55,121 nucleotides of DNA from an uncultured Verrucomicrobiota bacterium (GCA_964448135.1 CAYUVH010000013.1:1-55121); one strand, 5' to 3'; shown: positions 46,494-55,121, counted from the first letter of the stretch. Numbers and translations are program-made. Notes: generated by a model not told the origin, from the letters alone.

Positions 46494-46613
46494 AGCACGA
46501 AGCACGAATGTCGAATGACGAAAGAAGCTCGAAATCCGAATGATAAAAGGAAGCGCAATCGTGATTCGCAGGATTGCCGGGTATTGAGACCAATTTGAGA
46601 AAAGGAAACCCGT

Positions 46614-48014
46614 ATGAACGACGGACTTTGTAATGATATCACGCCGATTCTGACGCGGCGGGATGCGCTGAGGTTGATGGGGTGCGGATTTGGATGGCTG
46701 GCGTTCGGGGGGATGGCCTCGAAGCTTTCCGGCGCGACGACGACAGCCGTCCCGGCGAATCCGTTTGCGGCGAAAACTCCGCCGTTGCCGGCGCGGGCGA
46801 AACGGGTGATTTTTCTCTGCATGCGCGGCGGGCCGTCGCATGTGGATACGTTGGATTATAAACCGAAGCTGAACACGGACACGGGCAAGGCCGGACAGCG
46901 GCCGGGCACAAAATTGCTCGGCTCGAAATGGACATTCGCGCAGCACGGCAAGAGCGGGCTCTGGGTTTCGGAGTTGCTGCCGAATCTCGCGAAGCACGCG
47001 GACGAGCTTTGCGTGATTCGTTCGGCGCAAACGGATTTGCCGGCGCATCCGCAGGCGTTTCTCAAGCTGCACACGGGCAGCTCGCAATTTGTGCGTCCGT
47101 CGCTGGGCGCGTGGTCACTCTACGGGCTGGGGAGCCTGAATGAAAACATGCCGGGCTTTGTGAGCATCACGCCGCCGAGCGGATTTGGCGGCGCGCAGAA
47201 TTATGGGAGCGGATTTTTGCCGGCGCGATACCAGGGGATGCGCATCGGCGCGGACAACCGGCCGATCGCGAACGCGGAGGTGCCGAATGCGCGCGCGAAA
47301 TTGTTGAAGGCGGACCAGCGGGCGGAGTTGGATTTCGTCCAGGCGCTGAATCGACACAAGCTGGAACGCGATCAGGTGGACCCGCAGATCGAGGGCGTGA
47401 TCGAGTCCTACGAGCTGGCGTTCCGGATGCAGAGCGAAATGCCGGCGGTGATGAATCTGAATCGCGAGAGCGAGGCGACGAAGAAGTTGTATGGCATCGG
47501 GAACAAGACGACGGAGGATTTTGGTCGCAAATGTCTGCTGGCGCGGCAATTGATCGAGGCGGGCGTGCGTTACGTGGAGGTGACGCACGGGAATTGGGAT
47601 CACCATTTCAATCTCAACGACAAGCTGGAGGAAAGTTGCACGGAGGTGGATTTACCGGCGGCGGGGCTGCTCACGGATTTGGCAGCGCGCGGTTTGCTGA
47701 AGGACACGCTGGTGATCTGGACGGGCGAGTTCGGCCGCACGCCGCATTCGCAGGGAACCGAAGGGCGCGATCATAATGTGAAGGCGTTCTCGATGTGGAT
47801 GGCGGGCGGCGGCGTGAAGGGCGGGCTGAGTTTCGGACAGAGTGATGATTATGGATACGAGGCGGTGGCGAATGCGCTGCCGATTCATGATTTGCACGCG
47901 ACGATTCTTTACCTGCTGGGGTTCGATCATGAGAAGCTGACGTATCGGCATGCGGGCCGGGATTTTCGGCTGACCGATACGAGCGGGAATGTGGCGAAGG
48001 GAATTTTGGGGTAA
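46614..48014 (+). CDS. DUF1501 protein (sulfatase-like, TAT-secreted), partner of the DUF1549/DUF1553 protein
   Basis: Twin-arginine (TAT) signal TRRDALRLMGCGFGWLAFGG and alkaline-phosphatase-like core. It is the canonical neighbour of DUF1549/DUF1553 genes in Planctomycetes and Verrucomicrobia. Confidence 0.85.
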   Translation: MNDGLCNDITPILTRRDALRLMGCGFGWLAFGGMASKLSGATTTAVPANPFAAKTPPLPARAKRVIFLCMRGGPSHVDTLDYKPKLNTDTGKAGQRPGTKLLGSKWTFAQHGKSGLWVSELLPNLAKHADELCVIRSAQTDLPAHPQAFLKLHTGSSQFVRPSLGAWSLYGLGSLNENMPGFVSITPPSGFGGAQNYGSGFLPARYQGMRIGADNRPIANAEVPNARAKLLKADQRAELDFVQALNRHKLERDQVDPQIEGVIESYELAFRMQSEMPAVMNLNRESEATKKLYGIGNKTTEDFGRKCLLARQLIEAGVRYVEVTHGNWDHHFNLNDKLEESCTEVDLPAAGLLTDLAARGLLKDTLVIWTGEFGRTPHSQGTEGRDHNVKAFSMWMAGGGVKGGLSFGQSDDYGYEAVANALPIHDLHATILYLLGFDHEKLTYRHAGRDFRLTDTSGNVAKGILG

Positions 48015-48095
48015 GCGGCCGCAGGGTGGCGCCAGGGGTAAAGCGGAAAGGCAGTAACGCAAAGGGCGAAGGACGCAAAGACGCGAGGGATGAAG

Positions 48096-48149
48096 GAGTC
48101 GGAGGAAGGGTCGGCTTCCGCTCCGACTCGGCGTCGGTTTTCTTTCTTC
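48096..48149 (+). terminator. Putative terminator after the DUF1501 gene
   Basis: gagtcggag-N16-ctccgactc (9-bp stem), then ggcgtcgg and ttttctttctt. It is preceded by a purine-rich tract with repeated GCGnAAGG motifs. Confidence 0.45.
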
Positions 48150-48211
48150 ATAATCGCCCGGCAGTTCTTCTCGATGGACGAATTCCGTTCGTTAAGCACA
48201 TTGTGGCCAGC

Positions 48212-49255
48212 ATGAGTAAGAACGGAGACCCATATCGTATCGCCCGGGCGCATCTCGTCCGATGCGGCATGCTGGTTTGGCTGGCTTTGTTGCCGGGATT
48301 TGGTGCTCGTGGCGCGGTTGCTCATCCCCCGAAATTCGCCGACTTCCAGCGGGCATTCCAAAAAGGATCGGGAACGCAGACACAGGTTGAGGCACAAGTT
48401 GAAGTATTTGACGCCGCCATGCTCTCAAAGAAGGAAATGCGGACTATTCTCGCGGGCACCAATGTGCAGGCCATGATTGGCGCCGGATTGCAAGGGCGCC
48501 TGAATGATTCGCTGGACCTGGCGCTATTGGAGCGGGCCACGGGAATATCTCCCACGAATTCGTTGGCTTGGGCGGCGCTGGCCTATCGGAGTCTCGAGCT
48601 GCTCGAAAACCAACTCGGCGACAGGCAGGCGACGGGAAAGAAATTCAGCAAGGCCATCGAGATGTGGCGGGCAATATCACCCAGCAACTCGGTCCCGATC
48701 TACCTGCAGGCCGCTTTCGAGTGCCTGAAGACGAATGTTGCCGGCGCGAAAGAGCTCACCGTAAAAGCCAGTCGCATCCGTGGATTTGAGACCTGTGAGA
48801 CCGCTCTGAAGCTGTGCATTATCCAAGCCCTGGAGGCAGCTGGATACTCCAAATTTACTTCCCGAATTGTCGCCAGCGGAAATTCATCGGGGATAGTTCC
48901 ATGGTCGAAGCTGAACAAGGCCGTGCTCGCCGACAATCCCACCGACGAAGAAGCCAGGGCGTGCATTGAATTGGGCGCGCGCGTGGCTCGCAGCAGAAGC
49001 TTTTTATACGAACTGGTGAGGGGTTCAATCCAGATAAAGGCCATGGAGAAAGTTGGCGGAGCCGAGTTTGCCACCGCAAGAAAGGAGATCGCCGAACGAA
49101 AGGACCGGATCAAAAGCGCGAATCGCTACCTGACCTCGACTCGCGCCTGGAGCGCGACCGAAACGCAGTGGATCGAATTTTCCGACAGGAGCTTCAAATC
49201 GGATGAAATGGAAGGCGCGCGGTGGCTGGCACAGCAGACGGGTGATACCTTCTAA
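48212..49255 (+). CDS. Hypothetical secreted protein
   Basis: Start ambiguous. ATG 48212 gives MSKNGD...; ATG 48269 gives a good signal peptide MLVWLALLPGFGARGAVA. Helical, with no family recognised. Confidence 0.5.
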   Translation: MSKNGDPYRIARAHLVRCGMLVWLALLPGFGARGAVAHPPKFADFQRAFQKGSGTQTQVEAQVEVFDAAMLSKKEMRTILAGTNVQAMIGAGLQGRLNDSLDLALLERATGISPTNSLAWAALAYRSLELLENQLGDRQATGKKFSKAIEMWRAISPSNSVPIYLQAAFECLKTNVAGAKELTVKASRIRGFETCETALKLCIIQALEAAGYSKFTSRIVASGNSSGIVPWSKLNKAVLADNPTDEEARACIELGARVARSRSFLYELVRGSIQIKAMEKVGGAEFATARKEIAERKDRIKSANRYLTSTRAWSATETQWIEFSDRSFKSDEMEGARWLAQQTGDTF

Positions 49256-49280
49256 CCTTGGGTCGGTTGCTGCGTAGAAA

Positions 49281-49865
49281 TTACCACGAGCCTTCGGTCA
49301 GCATTGAAACGATGCGGCGGGAGAGATCCTGGGCGAGGAGCGGCATGGCCTGGCGTTCGTCGCTGGTGAGGTCGGCGCCGATGCGGACGAGCGTGAAGCC
49401 GTTGACCGGTTGGTCGAACAACACCTTGCCGGAGCCGCGCTCTTTGGCAACCACCTGCGCGCGGATGCCGACGCGGTAGTCCTTCACGGTTTGATTGTCG
49501 GAGGGCTGGAAGCTCAGGGCCTGGCGCGTGTAGGAGGTGACGGTGCCGCTGATGATGATGTCGCCGTTGTCGTGGCTGACCAGTTTGTAAGTGCCTTCCT
49601 CGGACAATTCGCGGCGGAGTTCGGAGGTGACTTCGTCACTGAGATGGGGCTGCAGGGTTTTATTGGCGAAGGGAACAACCTGCACGCTTTTTTCGCGCGA
49701 GACGGCGCCATTGACGGGGCCGACCTGGTAGCCGGCGCAACCGCCCAGCACGAACGCCAGTCCGGCGGCGCAAAAGCCAACCGCGAGCCGCCGGCTAATT
49801 CGACGGAGGCTGGGGCTGCGTCTTTTTGTTGAGCGCGAAGATGCGCTGCTGCGCCTCGGTTGCAT
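49281..49865 (-). CDS. LptE-like LPS-assembly lipoprotein
   Basis: Lipobox-like LAFVLGGC-AGYQ. Its blocks align by eye with E. coli LptE (CGWHLRD...; ...VNATVL...; ...MIVKEMYDRAAEQLIRKL versus ADLTSDERQAMPLLAQDLSRRIVSML). The only ATG starts (49865 or 49898) overlap the upstream TPR gene by 70 nt or more, so the start is uncertain. Confidence 0.5.
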   Translation of the reverse strand: MQPRRSSASSRSTKRRSPSLRRISRRLAVGFCAAGLAFVLGGCAGYQVGPVNGAVSREKSVQVVPFANKTLQPHLSDEVTSELRRELSEEGTYKLVSHDNGDIIISGTVTSYTRQALSFQPSDNQTVKDYRVGIRAQVVAKERGSGKVLFDQPVNGFTLVRIGADLTSDERQAMPLLAQDLSRRIVSMLTEGSW

Positions 49866-50811
49866 AGATGGAGTTGGGATCGGAGTTGAAGGCGGCATTG
49901 TAATAGCGCTTCGCGCCCTCCCACTTTTTGTGCTGCTCGTAGAATTTGGCGATTTCGAAATTACCGCGCGCCTGTTCGGTCTTGAGTTCGGCGATGATTT
50001 TTTGCGCCTGGGGGACGCGCGGATCGCCAGGAAAAAGGGCCATGAAATCAGTGAAACATGCAATGGCCTGACCGGCGGTGGTCTGGTCGTATTCGGCCTT
50101 TTGGGATTCGGCCTTGTAGGCCAGCCCGGTGCGATAGAGCGCTTCGGCGGCGATCTTGGGGCGGTCGTAATAGCGATCCGTCGCAGTCTTATAGGCAACG
50201 ATCGCGGAGGGATAATCCGGCACGTGGAACATGCCCAACGCCATCTGCTGCTCGTAGGCGGTGCCGATGTTCAATTGGGCCTGGGGCGCGACTTCGCTGT
50301 AACGGCCGTTGCGCACGACTTTTTCATACATGCCGGCGGTGCGGTCCATGGAGGAGTAAAGCGGGAAGGTGCCCCACAGGCGGAATTTCTTTCCGGCGAG
50401 GAACTTGTTCGCGATGTTGAACTGGCGTTCAAGAATTTCGGGATAGCGCGCGGTCTTGGGGCTGTTCTCGATGACTTTTTCGTACTCGTCGAAGGCTTTT
50501 TCGTCGTGGCCCTTCTCTTCGTAGCAACGGCCCACGAGATATTGGGCACGGGGAGCGTAATCGGAGAGCGGCCAGACTTCGACGACGCGCGTCGCGGCTT
50601 GTTGGGCGAGACCGTAGTCCTTGCGGTCGAAGGCAATTTCGGCGATGGCGAGCTGATTGCTGGCGGTGGTTTGCTGCCAGCGCTTGTCGCTGCCGACGGG
50701 TTCGTAGGTCCAGCCCTCGCCCGGACGATAGATGAGCGGAGCCGGCGAACGGACCGGCACCCCGAGAAATGCCAGCGTCAGCAAGACCAAACCAAGCGTC
50801 CGAAGCTTCAT
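49795..50811 (-). CDS. BamD-like tetratricopeptide (TPR) protein (outer-membrane assembly factor-like)
   Basis: Signal peptide. TPR pairs (AQYLVGRCYEEKG...AFDEYEKVIENSP; FYEQHKKWEGAKRYYNAAFN) with BamD/YfiO-like spacing. No lipobox Cys seen. Confidence 0.55.
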   Translation of the reverse strand: MKLRTLGLVLLTLAFLGVPVRSPAPLIYRPGEGWTYEPVGSDKRWQQTTASNQLAIAEIAFDRKDYGLAQQAATRVVEVWPLSDYAPRAQYLVGRCYEEKGHDEKAFDEYEKVIENSPKTARYPEILERQFNIANKFLAGKKFRLWGTFPLYSSMDRTAGMYEKVVRNGRYSEVAPQAQLNIGTAYEQQMALGMFHVPDYPSAIVAYKTATDRYYDRPKIAAEALYRTGLAYKAESQKAEYDQTTAGQAIACFTDFMALFPGDPRVPQAQKIIAELKTEQARGNFEIAKFYEQHKKWEGAKRYYNAAFNSDPNSIYATEAQQRIFALNKKTQPQPPSN

Positions 50812-50855
50812 GTTCGCACGTTACCGGCGTGGTTTGGGCAAGTCAATCTCGGGGC

Positions 50856-51350
50856 TCAGCCGCGATACACGATCAGCACGCCAAAATCCTCGAGCAATTT
50901 CTGCGTGCCGATGTCGAGGTGGGAGTAGCTGATGGTGGTGATGCTGATGATGTTGGCCTCGCCGATCTTGTCAAGGTGGTTGGTCACCACTTCGTCGAAG
51001 CGATCGTGGCCGACTTCCACGCAGTCGGTGTGCTTGATCGTCTTGACGCGCATCTTCTTGTCGGTCTCCTTGGCGGCGGCTTCGAGCGGGACGAGCGGCT
51101 TGGCAATGAGACTGGGCGCGGTCTTGTGATCGGGCACGCGGAGGTGCATTTCAATTTTGGCGGCCGCGGAGGAATTGATGGGGCTGGCCTTGAGGGGGGC
51201 ACCCTCGGCTGTTGGCACGGCGCGGGGAGCGCCGGGACCGGGAATGATGATGTTTGCGCCGCAGGAAGGACAGGAGATCTCGGAACCGGCGCCGGAACTG
51301 TCAACAGCCAACTCCTGATCGCACTGGGGACAGTTGAAGATGACATCCAT
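50856..51350 (-). CDS. Zinc-ribbon-containing hypothetical protein
   Basis: N-terminal CPQC...CPSC zinc ribbon, a Pro/Ala-rich linker and an about 70-aa C-terminal domain of unknown family. Confidence 0.5.
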   Translation of the reverse strand: MDVIFNCPQCDQELAVDSSGAGSEISCPSCGANIIIPGPGAPRAVPTAEGAPLKASPINSSAAAKIEMHLRVPDHKTAPSLIAKPLVPLEAAAKETDKKMRVKTIKHTDCVEVGHDRFDEVVTNHLDKIGEANIISITTISYSHLDIGTQKLLEDFGVLIVYRG

Positions 51351-51449
51351 AAAGAGGCCTTTCGTTTAGCGAACCGCCCCGAGTTTAATGAGGACGGAGG
51401 GTGATGGCTAGAGTGAAATGTCGAACGCCTTGCGTCTGGCCGGGAAGTG

Positions 51450-51565
51450 AAAGAAAAACTCCCCTCACGGCCCGCTGCCAAAGCCGGAGCGATTTCGTTT
51501 GGAGGAAGGCTCGGGCTCACCCCAAACCCTCTCCCCCAGCAGCGGGAGAGCGTTTGGATGGGCCG
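51450..51565. repeat. REP-like intergenic repeat element, copy 3 of 3
   Basis: aagaaaaacTCCCCTCAcgg...CCCTCTCCcccagcaGCGGGAGAGCGTTTGGATGG. It contains an internal partial duplication (gcgatttcgtttggagg). Confidence 0.7.
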
Positions 51566-51617
51566 GGAGACCGGTGGATATTGGAGCAACTGCCTGATGG
51601 CTGGCCGAAGGACCCGG

Positions 51618-52016
51618 TTACTCGTACGTCTTGGAAAGCTCTTCGATGCGCTGCCAGAGTTTGCCGGTGTGAGGGCTGCGCTGTTTGACTTCCTGGTAAA
51701 TCTTTTTGGCTTCGGCGGGATTTTCGCGGTAGAGCGCGCTGGCGTAATCGAGTTCGATCCAGGCCTTGCGCGGGTCTTTCACCAGGGCCCCATACGCCTT
51801 GAGCCAGTCCCTCAAACCGTTGGCACCATTGCGTTGGGCGGTGTCGAGGGTGCTTTCCATCTGGTAGGTAGGCATGCCCGGCAATTGCTGCGGGGAGAAA
51901 GGCGTTTCGGCCTTCTTCTGCATTTCCTGGGTCTTGACCTCGTCCCAATAGACATAGCCCTTCCAGCCGACGAACAGGACGGCGACAATTACTGCGATTG
52001 CGATTAATGCTTTCAT
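51618..52016 (-). CDS. Small membrane-anchored hypothetical protein
   Basis: 132 aa with an N-terminal TM helix MKALIAIAVIVAVLFVGW. Its start overlaps the prmC stop (ATGA), so it is probably co-transcribed. Confidence 0.5.
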   Translation of the reverse strand: MKALIAIAVIVAVLFVGWKGYVYWDEVKTQEMQKKAETPFSPQQLPGMPTYQMESTLDTAQRNGANGLRDWLKAYGALVKDPRKAWIELDYASALYRENPAEAKKIYQEVKQRSPHTGKLWQRIEELSKTYE

Positions 52017-52873
52017 CGTCGGGCTATTAAAATTCTAGGTTTCCCAGCATAGTCGTTTTTCACCTGTTCGACAATCCACTTTTCCGCCTCGAATAGCCGC
52101 CGGACGGCGGGTTCCTGATCGTCGCCCAACTCGAGCGCCAGGCGGCCGTCCGCGCGCAAAAATGCCGGGGCCTCGGCAGCGAGCGCGCGGTAGCAATCCA
52201 GGCCGTCCGCGCCGCCATCCAACGCCAGCCGCGGATCGAAGTCGCGGACCTCGGGATCGAGGACTGCGATATCGGCCGCGGGGATGTAGGGTGGATTGCT
52301 GACGATCAGATCGAATTGCGACCCAACTGGCAGGGCTTGGAAACCGGGGCCTTCCAGGAACTGGATGCGATCGGCGACGGCGTTTTGGTCCGCGTTTTGC
52401 CGGGCGATGGTGAGGGCTTCGGGGGAAATATCCACGGCCCACGCTTGAATGGCGGGGCATTTGGCTGCGAGGGTCACGGCCAGGCAACCGCTGCCGGTGC
52501 CCCAGTCCAGGAGCGTACGAGGGCTGCAGTTCGCGTGGTTTAGGGATTGGAGGTAGGTCCAGCCGTATTCGGCCAGGAGCTCGGTTTCGGGCCGCGGGAC
52601 GAGGACATTCCGATTTACGGCGAATTCGTAGCCGCAAAAGCAAGTGGAACCGACAATGTGCTGCAAAGGCTCGCGCAGGCCGCGGCGGCGGACCATTTCG
52701 CGGACGCCTTCCAATTCGGGGGTGGAAAGCGCGCGCTCGAAGTTCAGGTAGAGCTGCATGCGCGGGAGCTTGAGCTGGTGCGCGAGGAGCAGTTCGACCT
52801 GCAGGCGCGGGGAATCCACACCCTTTTTGGTGAGGAATTCCGTGCTGCGCGTAATGACTTCCAAAACGGTCAC
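52013..52873 (-). CDS. prmC: Release factor glutamine N5-methyltransferase
   Basis: NPPYIP motif, SAM-binding region D-GTGSGCLAV, 286 aa, HemK/PrmC family architecture. Confidence 0.9.
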   Translation of the reverse strand: MTVLEVITRSTEFLTKKGVDSPRLQVELLLAHQLKLPRMQLYLNFERALSTPELEGVREMVRRRGLREPLQHIVGSTCFCGYEFAVNRNVLVPRPETELLAEYGWTYLQSLNHANCSPRTLLDWGTGSGCLAVTLAAKCPAIQAWAVDISPEALTIARQNADQNAVADRIQFLEGPGFQALPVGSQFDLIVSNPPYIPAADIAVLDPEVRDFDPRLALDGGADGLDCYRALAAEAPAFLRADGRLALELGDDQEPAVRRLFEAEKWIVEQVKNDYAGKPRILIARR

Positions 52874-52919
52874 GGGGTAACGTTAGAATCCCCAACGGGC
52901 TTGCCCAGCCAAAAACCGG

Positions 52920-54932
52920 CTAATCATGGTCGTCCTCGGCGACTTCACAGGTCGCGGCGGCTCCGCGCTTGAGCCAGACCATGACCATGCTGAGGTCGGC
53001 GGGGGAAACGCCGGAGATGCGGGCGGCCTGGCCCAAGGTGGCGGGACGGATTTCGGTCAGTTTCTGGCGGGCTTCTTTGCGGAGGCTGGGGACCGCGGCA
53101 TAATCGAAGGTGGGCGGAATCTGCTTTTCCTCCAGGCTCTTGAACTTGGCGACTTCCCCTTCCTGCCTCTCGAGATACCCGGCATACTTAATGACAATCT
53201 CGACCTGGTTGACTACCGCTTCGGGCAGATCCGTGCGGGCACCGGGCAAGTTGGCGTAGGAGATTTCGGGTCGGCGCAGGAGTTGAGCGAGGGTGTCGGA
53301 GCCTTGGCGGGTTTGGTGGAGGCGGCGGAGCTCGGCTTCGACGGAGGCCTGTTTTATTTTAAAAACTTTATGGCGGGCGGCGGACAAGAGGCCGACCTCG
53401 TGTCCAATATTTGACAATCGCATGTCACTATTATCCTGGCGAAGGAGGAGGCGGTATTCGGCTCGCGACGTGAACATGCGATAGGGCTCGATTGTGCCTT
53501 TGGTGACCAGGTCGTCGATGAGTACACCTATATAGGCTTGATCACGACGGAGGACAATTGGGTCGAGCCCGCGGACTCGGCGGGCGGCATTGATACCAGC
53601 CATGATCCCCTGCCCTGCGGCCTCTTCGTAGCCGGAGGTGCCGTTGATCTGGCCGGCCAAATAGAGATTGCGGCAGACTTTGGTTTCGAGTGAAGGCAGG
53701 AGTTGGGTAGGTGGAGCGAAATCGTATTCGACGGCGTAGGCGGGGCGCAGGATCTCGGCGTTCTCGCAGCCGGTGACGGTTTTGATCAACTCCAACTGAA
53801 CATCAAACGGGAGACAAGTTGACAACCCATTGACATATATTTCGTCGGTCGATATACCTTCGGGTTCGAGGAAAATCTGGTGCCTGGGTTTGTCGGCGAA
53901 CTTCACGATCTTGTCTTCGATGGACGGACAATAGCGCGGACCGACGCCTTGGATGACGCCGGAATACATCGGCGACTTGTGAAGGTTTTCGCGGATGATC
54001 CTAGCGGTAGCGTCGGTGGTGTAGGTGATGTAGCACGGGAGTTGTCCACCGATGGCGCTGAGGACGGAGCCGACGGGATACTTGGGCTTTTGATATTGTG
54101 CGAGCGGCTCGCGGGGGCGCTCGCCCTGCCCTCCGGGGATACTGGAGTCGCTGACAGCTTGGTTGGCGGCGAAATGTTCCACGTGGAACATTCCTTGGTT
54201 ACCGGGTCCAGATTGTTCCACGTGGAACAATTCATCCAGCCAGTGACTGAAGTATGCTACCGGTTCGTCGCCGGGCTGGATTCCGGTTTTGGAGAAGTCG
54301 ATCGAGCGGCTGAGCAATCGAGGCGGAGTGCCAGTCTTGAGTCGCTGAAGCTCCAAGCCCACCTCCATCAAGGAGGCGGACAAGCCCATCGCAGCGGCTT
54401 CCCCTGCCCGGCCGCCCGACTGTTGGCTTTGACCTATGTGCATCAGGCCTTTGAGGAACGTGCCGGTGGTGACGATGACTGTTTCGCTGAGATACTGACT
54501 GCCGAAGGTCGTTTCAACGCCGTAGACCGCGCCGTCCTTATGAAGCAGCTTGGTGCATTGGGCTTGGCGGAGGTCCAGGTTCGGCTGACGCTCGCAGACC
54601 CACTTGAGTCGGAACTGATAGGCCTTCTTGTCGCACTGAGCACGGGGAGCCCAGACGGCCGGACCCTTTTTGGTGTTGAGCATCCGGAACTGGAGTCCGG
54701 TCATGTCCGTGTTGATCCCCATCTCGCCACCCAAGGCATCGATCTCCCGGACGAGGTGGCCTTTAGCCAGGCCACCGATGGCGGGATTGCAGGACATCTG
54801 ACCAACGGTGTCGGCGTTGATGGTGAGGAGCAGGGTCTTGCAGCCCATCCGGGCAGAAGCCAGCGCGGCCTCGACACCGGCATGGCCGGCACCTAGAACA
54901 ATCACGTCATACTTCTGCGGATGGATGAACAC
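52920..54932 (-). CDS. mnmG: tRNA uridine-5-carboxymethylaminomethyl modification enzyme MnmG (GidA)
   Basis: FAD-binding YDVIVLGAGHAGVEAA and strong overall MnmG likeness. I place the start at in-frame GTG 54932, which gives MFIHPQKYDVIV... (compare E. coli MFYPDPFDVIIIGGGHAG), rather than the ORF-track ATG at 54992. Confidence 0.9.
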   Translation of the reverse strand: MFIHPQKYDVIVLGAGHAGVEAALASARMGCKTLLLTINADTVGQMSCNPAIGGLAKGHLVREIDALGGEMGINTDMTGLQFRMLNTKKGPAVWAPRAQCDKKAYQFRLKWVCERQPNLDLRQAQCTKLLHKDGAVYGVETTFGSQYLSETVIVTTGTFLKGLMHIGQSQQSGGRAGEAAAMGLSASLMEVGLELQRLKTGTPPRLLSRSIDFSKTGIQPGDEPVAYFSHWLDELFHVEQSGPGNQGMFHVEHFAANQAVSDSSIPGGQGERPREPLAQYQKPKYPVGSVLSAIGGQLPCYITYTTDATARIIRENLHKSPMYSGVIQGVGPRYCPSIEDKIVKFADKPRHQIFLEPEGISTDEIYVNGLSTCLPFDVQLELIKTVTGCENAEILRPAYAVEYDFAPPTQLLPSLETKVCRNLYLAGQINGTSGYEEAAGQGIMAGINAARRVRGLDPIVLRRDQAYIGVLIDDLVTKGTIEPYRMFTSRAEYRLLLRQDNSDMRLSNIGHEVGLLSAARHKVFKIKQASVEAELRRLHQTRQGSDTLAQLLRRPEISYANLPGARTDLPEAVVNQVEIVIKYAGYLERQEGEVAKFKSLEEKQIPPTFDYAAVPSLRKEARQKLTEIRPATLGQAARISGVSPADLSMVMVWLKRGAAATCEVAEDDHD

Positions 54933-55004
54933 AGGAGAGTATCCTATCCAGCTTTGAAGGAATGCGCAACCTGGCAGCGAGATGGGGAGCAATGGAATTT
55001 CAGA

Positions 55005-55026
55005 TTTGAAATTTGAAATTTCAAAG
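55005..55026. promoter_or_regulatory. AT-rich direct/inverted repeat (atttgaa x2 + tttgaaatttcaaa palindrome) upstream of mnmG
   Basis: A perfect 14-nt palindrome tttgaaatttcaaa at 55012-55025 sits inside atttgaaatttgaaatttcaaa, in an AT-rich patch 70-90 nt upstream of the mnmG start. Confidence 0.35.
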
Positions 55027-55121
55027 GCAATGAAGAGTGGAGAAATGGAAGAGGCGGTGGCGATAACGGGAGAGGATGATCGAGGTCAGGGGCCGGGGGT
55101 TATAGGATCTGAAGGCGAAGC

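Noticed and set aside
45564-47087. 507-aa minus-strand ORF
   Set aside because: Antisense across the DUF1553 gene end and DUF1501 gene start. Arg-rich low complexity.

Overview
GC-rich bacterial chromosomal window. The gene families suggest a Planctomycetes-Verrucomicrobia-Chlamydiae (PVC) superphylum organism: DUF1549/DUF1553 and DUF1501 proteins, a prepilin/H-X9-DG protein, PEP-CTERM proteins and an ECF sigma factor paired with a Ser/Thr kinase. I call about 40 protein-coding genes and no rRNA, tRNA or CRISPR.

Main contents, from start to end:
- Window start to 9.4 kb: a secreted HEAT-repeat protein, a small hydrolytic neighbourhood (ThuA-like, VOC, PNPOx-like, glycoside hydrolase family 2), a nucleotidyltransferase-fold protein plus a small ORF, and an alpha/beta hydrolase.
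- 9.7-22.4 kb: a co-directional minus-strand block of an ornithine/lysine/diaminopimelate-type decarboxylase, a membrane Ser/Thr kinase, an ECF sigma factor and a 2602-aa adhesin-like giant protein. The giant gene carries about 12 near-identical tandem 303-bp repeats.
- 22.5-34.1 kb: a sensor histidine kinase and LuxR-type response regulator upstream of three secreted paralogous proteins (one PEP-CTERM), then a sulfatase with a variant C-G-G-S-R active-site motif and a prepilin/H-X9-DG protein.
- 34.1-36.8 kb: a lower-GC islet with an orphan addiction-module antitoxin-like gene, then a flotillin-like SPFH protein.
- 36.9-43.6 kb: a tightly overlapping seven-gene accessory FAS-II-like lipid cluster (two SDR reductases, an acyl carrier protein, a double-hotdog dehydratase, two ketosynthases, and a fused holo-ACP synthase/LpxL-type acyltransferase). 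This is my best candidate for a poorly described system.
- 43.9-48.0 kb: a DUF1549/DUF1553 cytochrome-c-like protein paired with a twin-arginine (TAT)-signal DUF1501 protein.
- 48.2-55.1 kb: a BamD-like TPR protein, an LptE-like lipoprotein, PrmC and MnmG.

Non-coding signals that the genes do not explain:
- A roughly 60-115 nt REP-like intergenic element present three times.
- Arrays of perfect GC hairpins in two intergenic regions, two of them built like plus-strand intrinsic terminators between minus-strand genes.
- A 23-bp perfect inverted repeat spanning a stop codon.
- Twin hairpins with identical CUGAAG loops in a long sulfatase leader.

All calls rest on reading the supplied ORF translations and the sequence; no database search was run.
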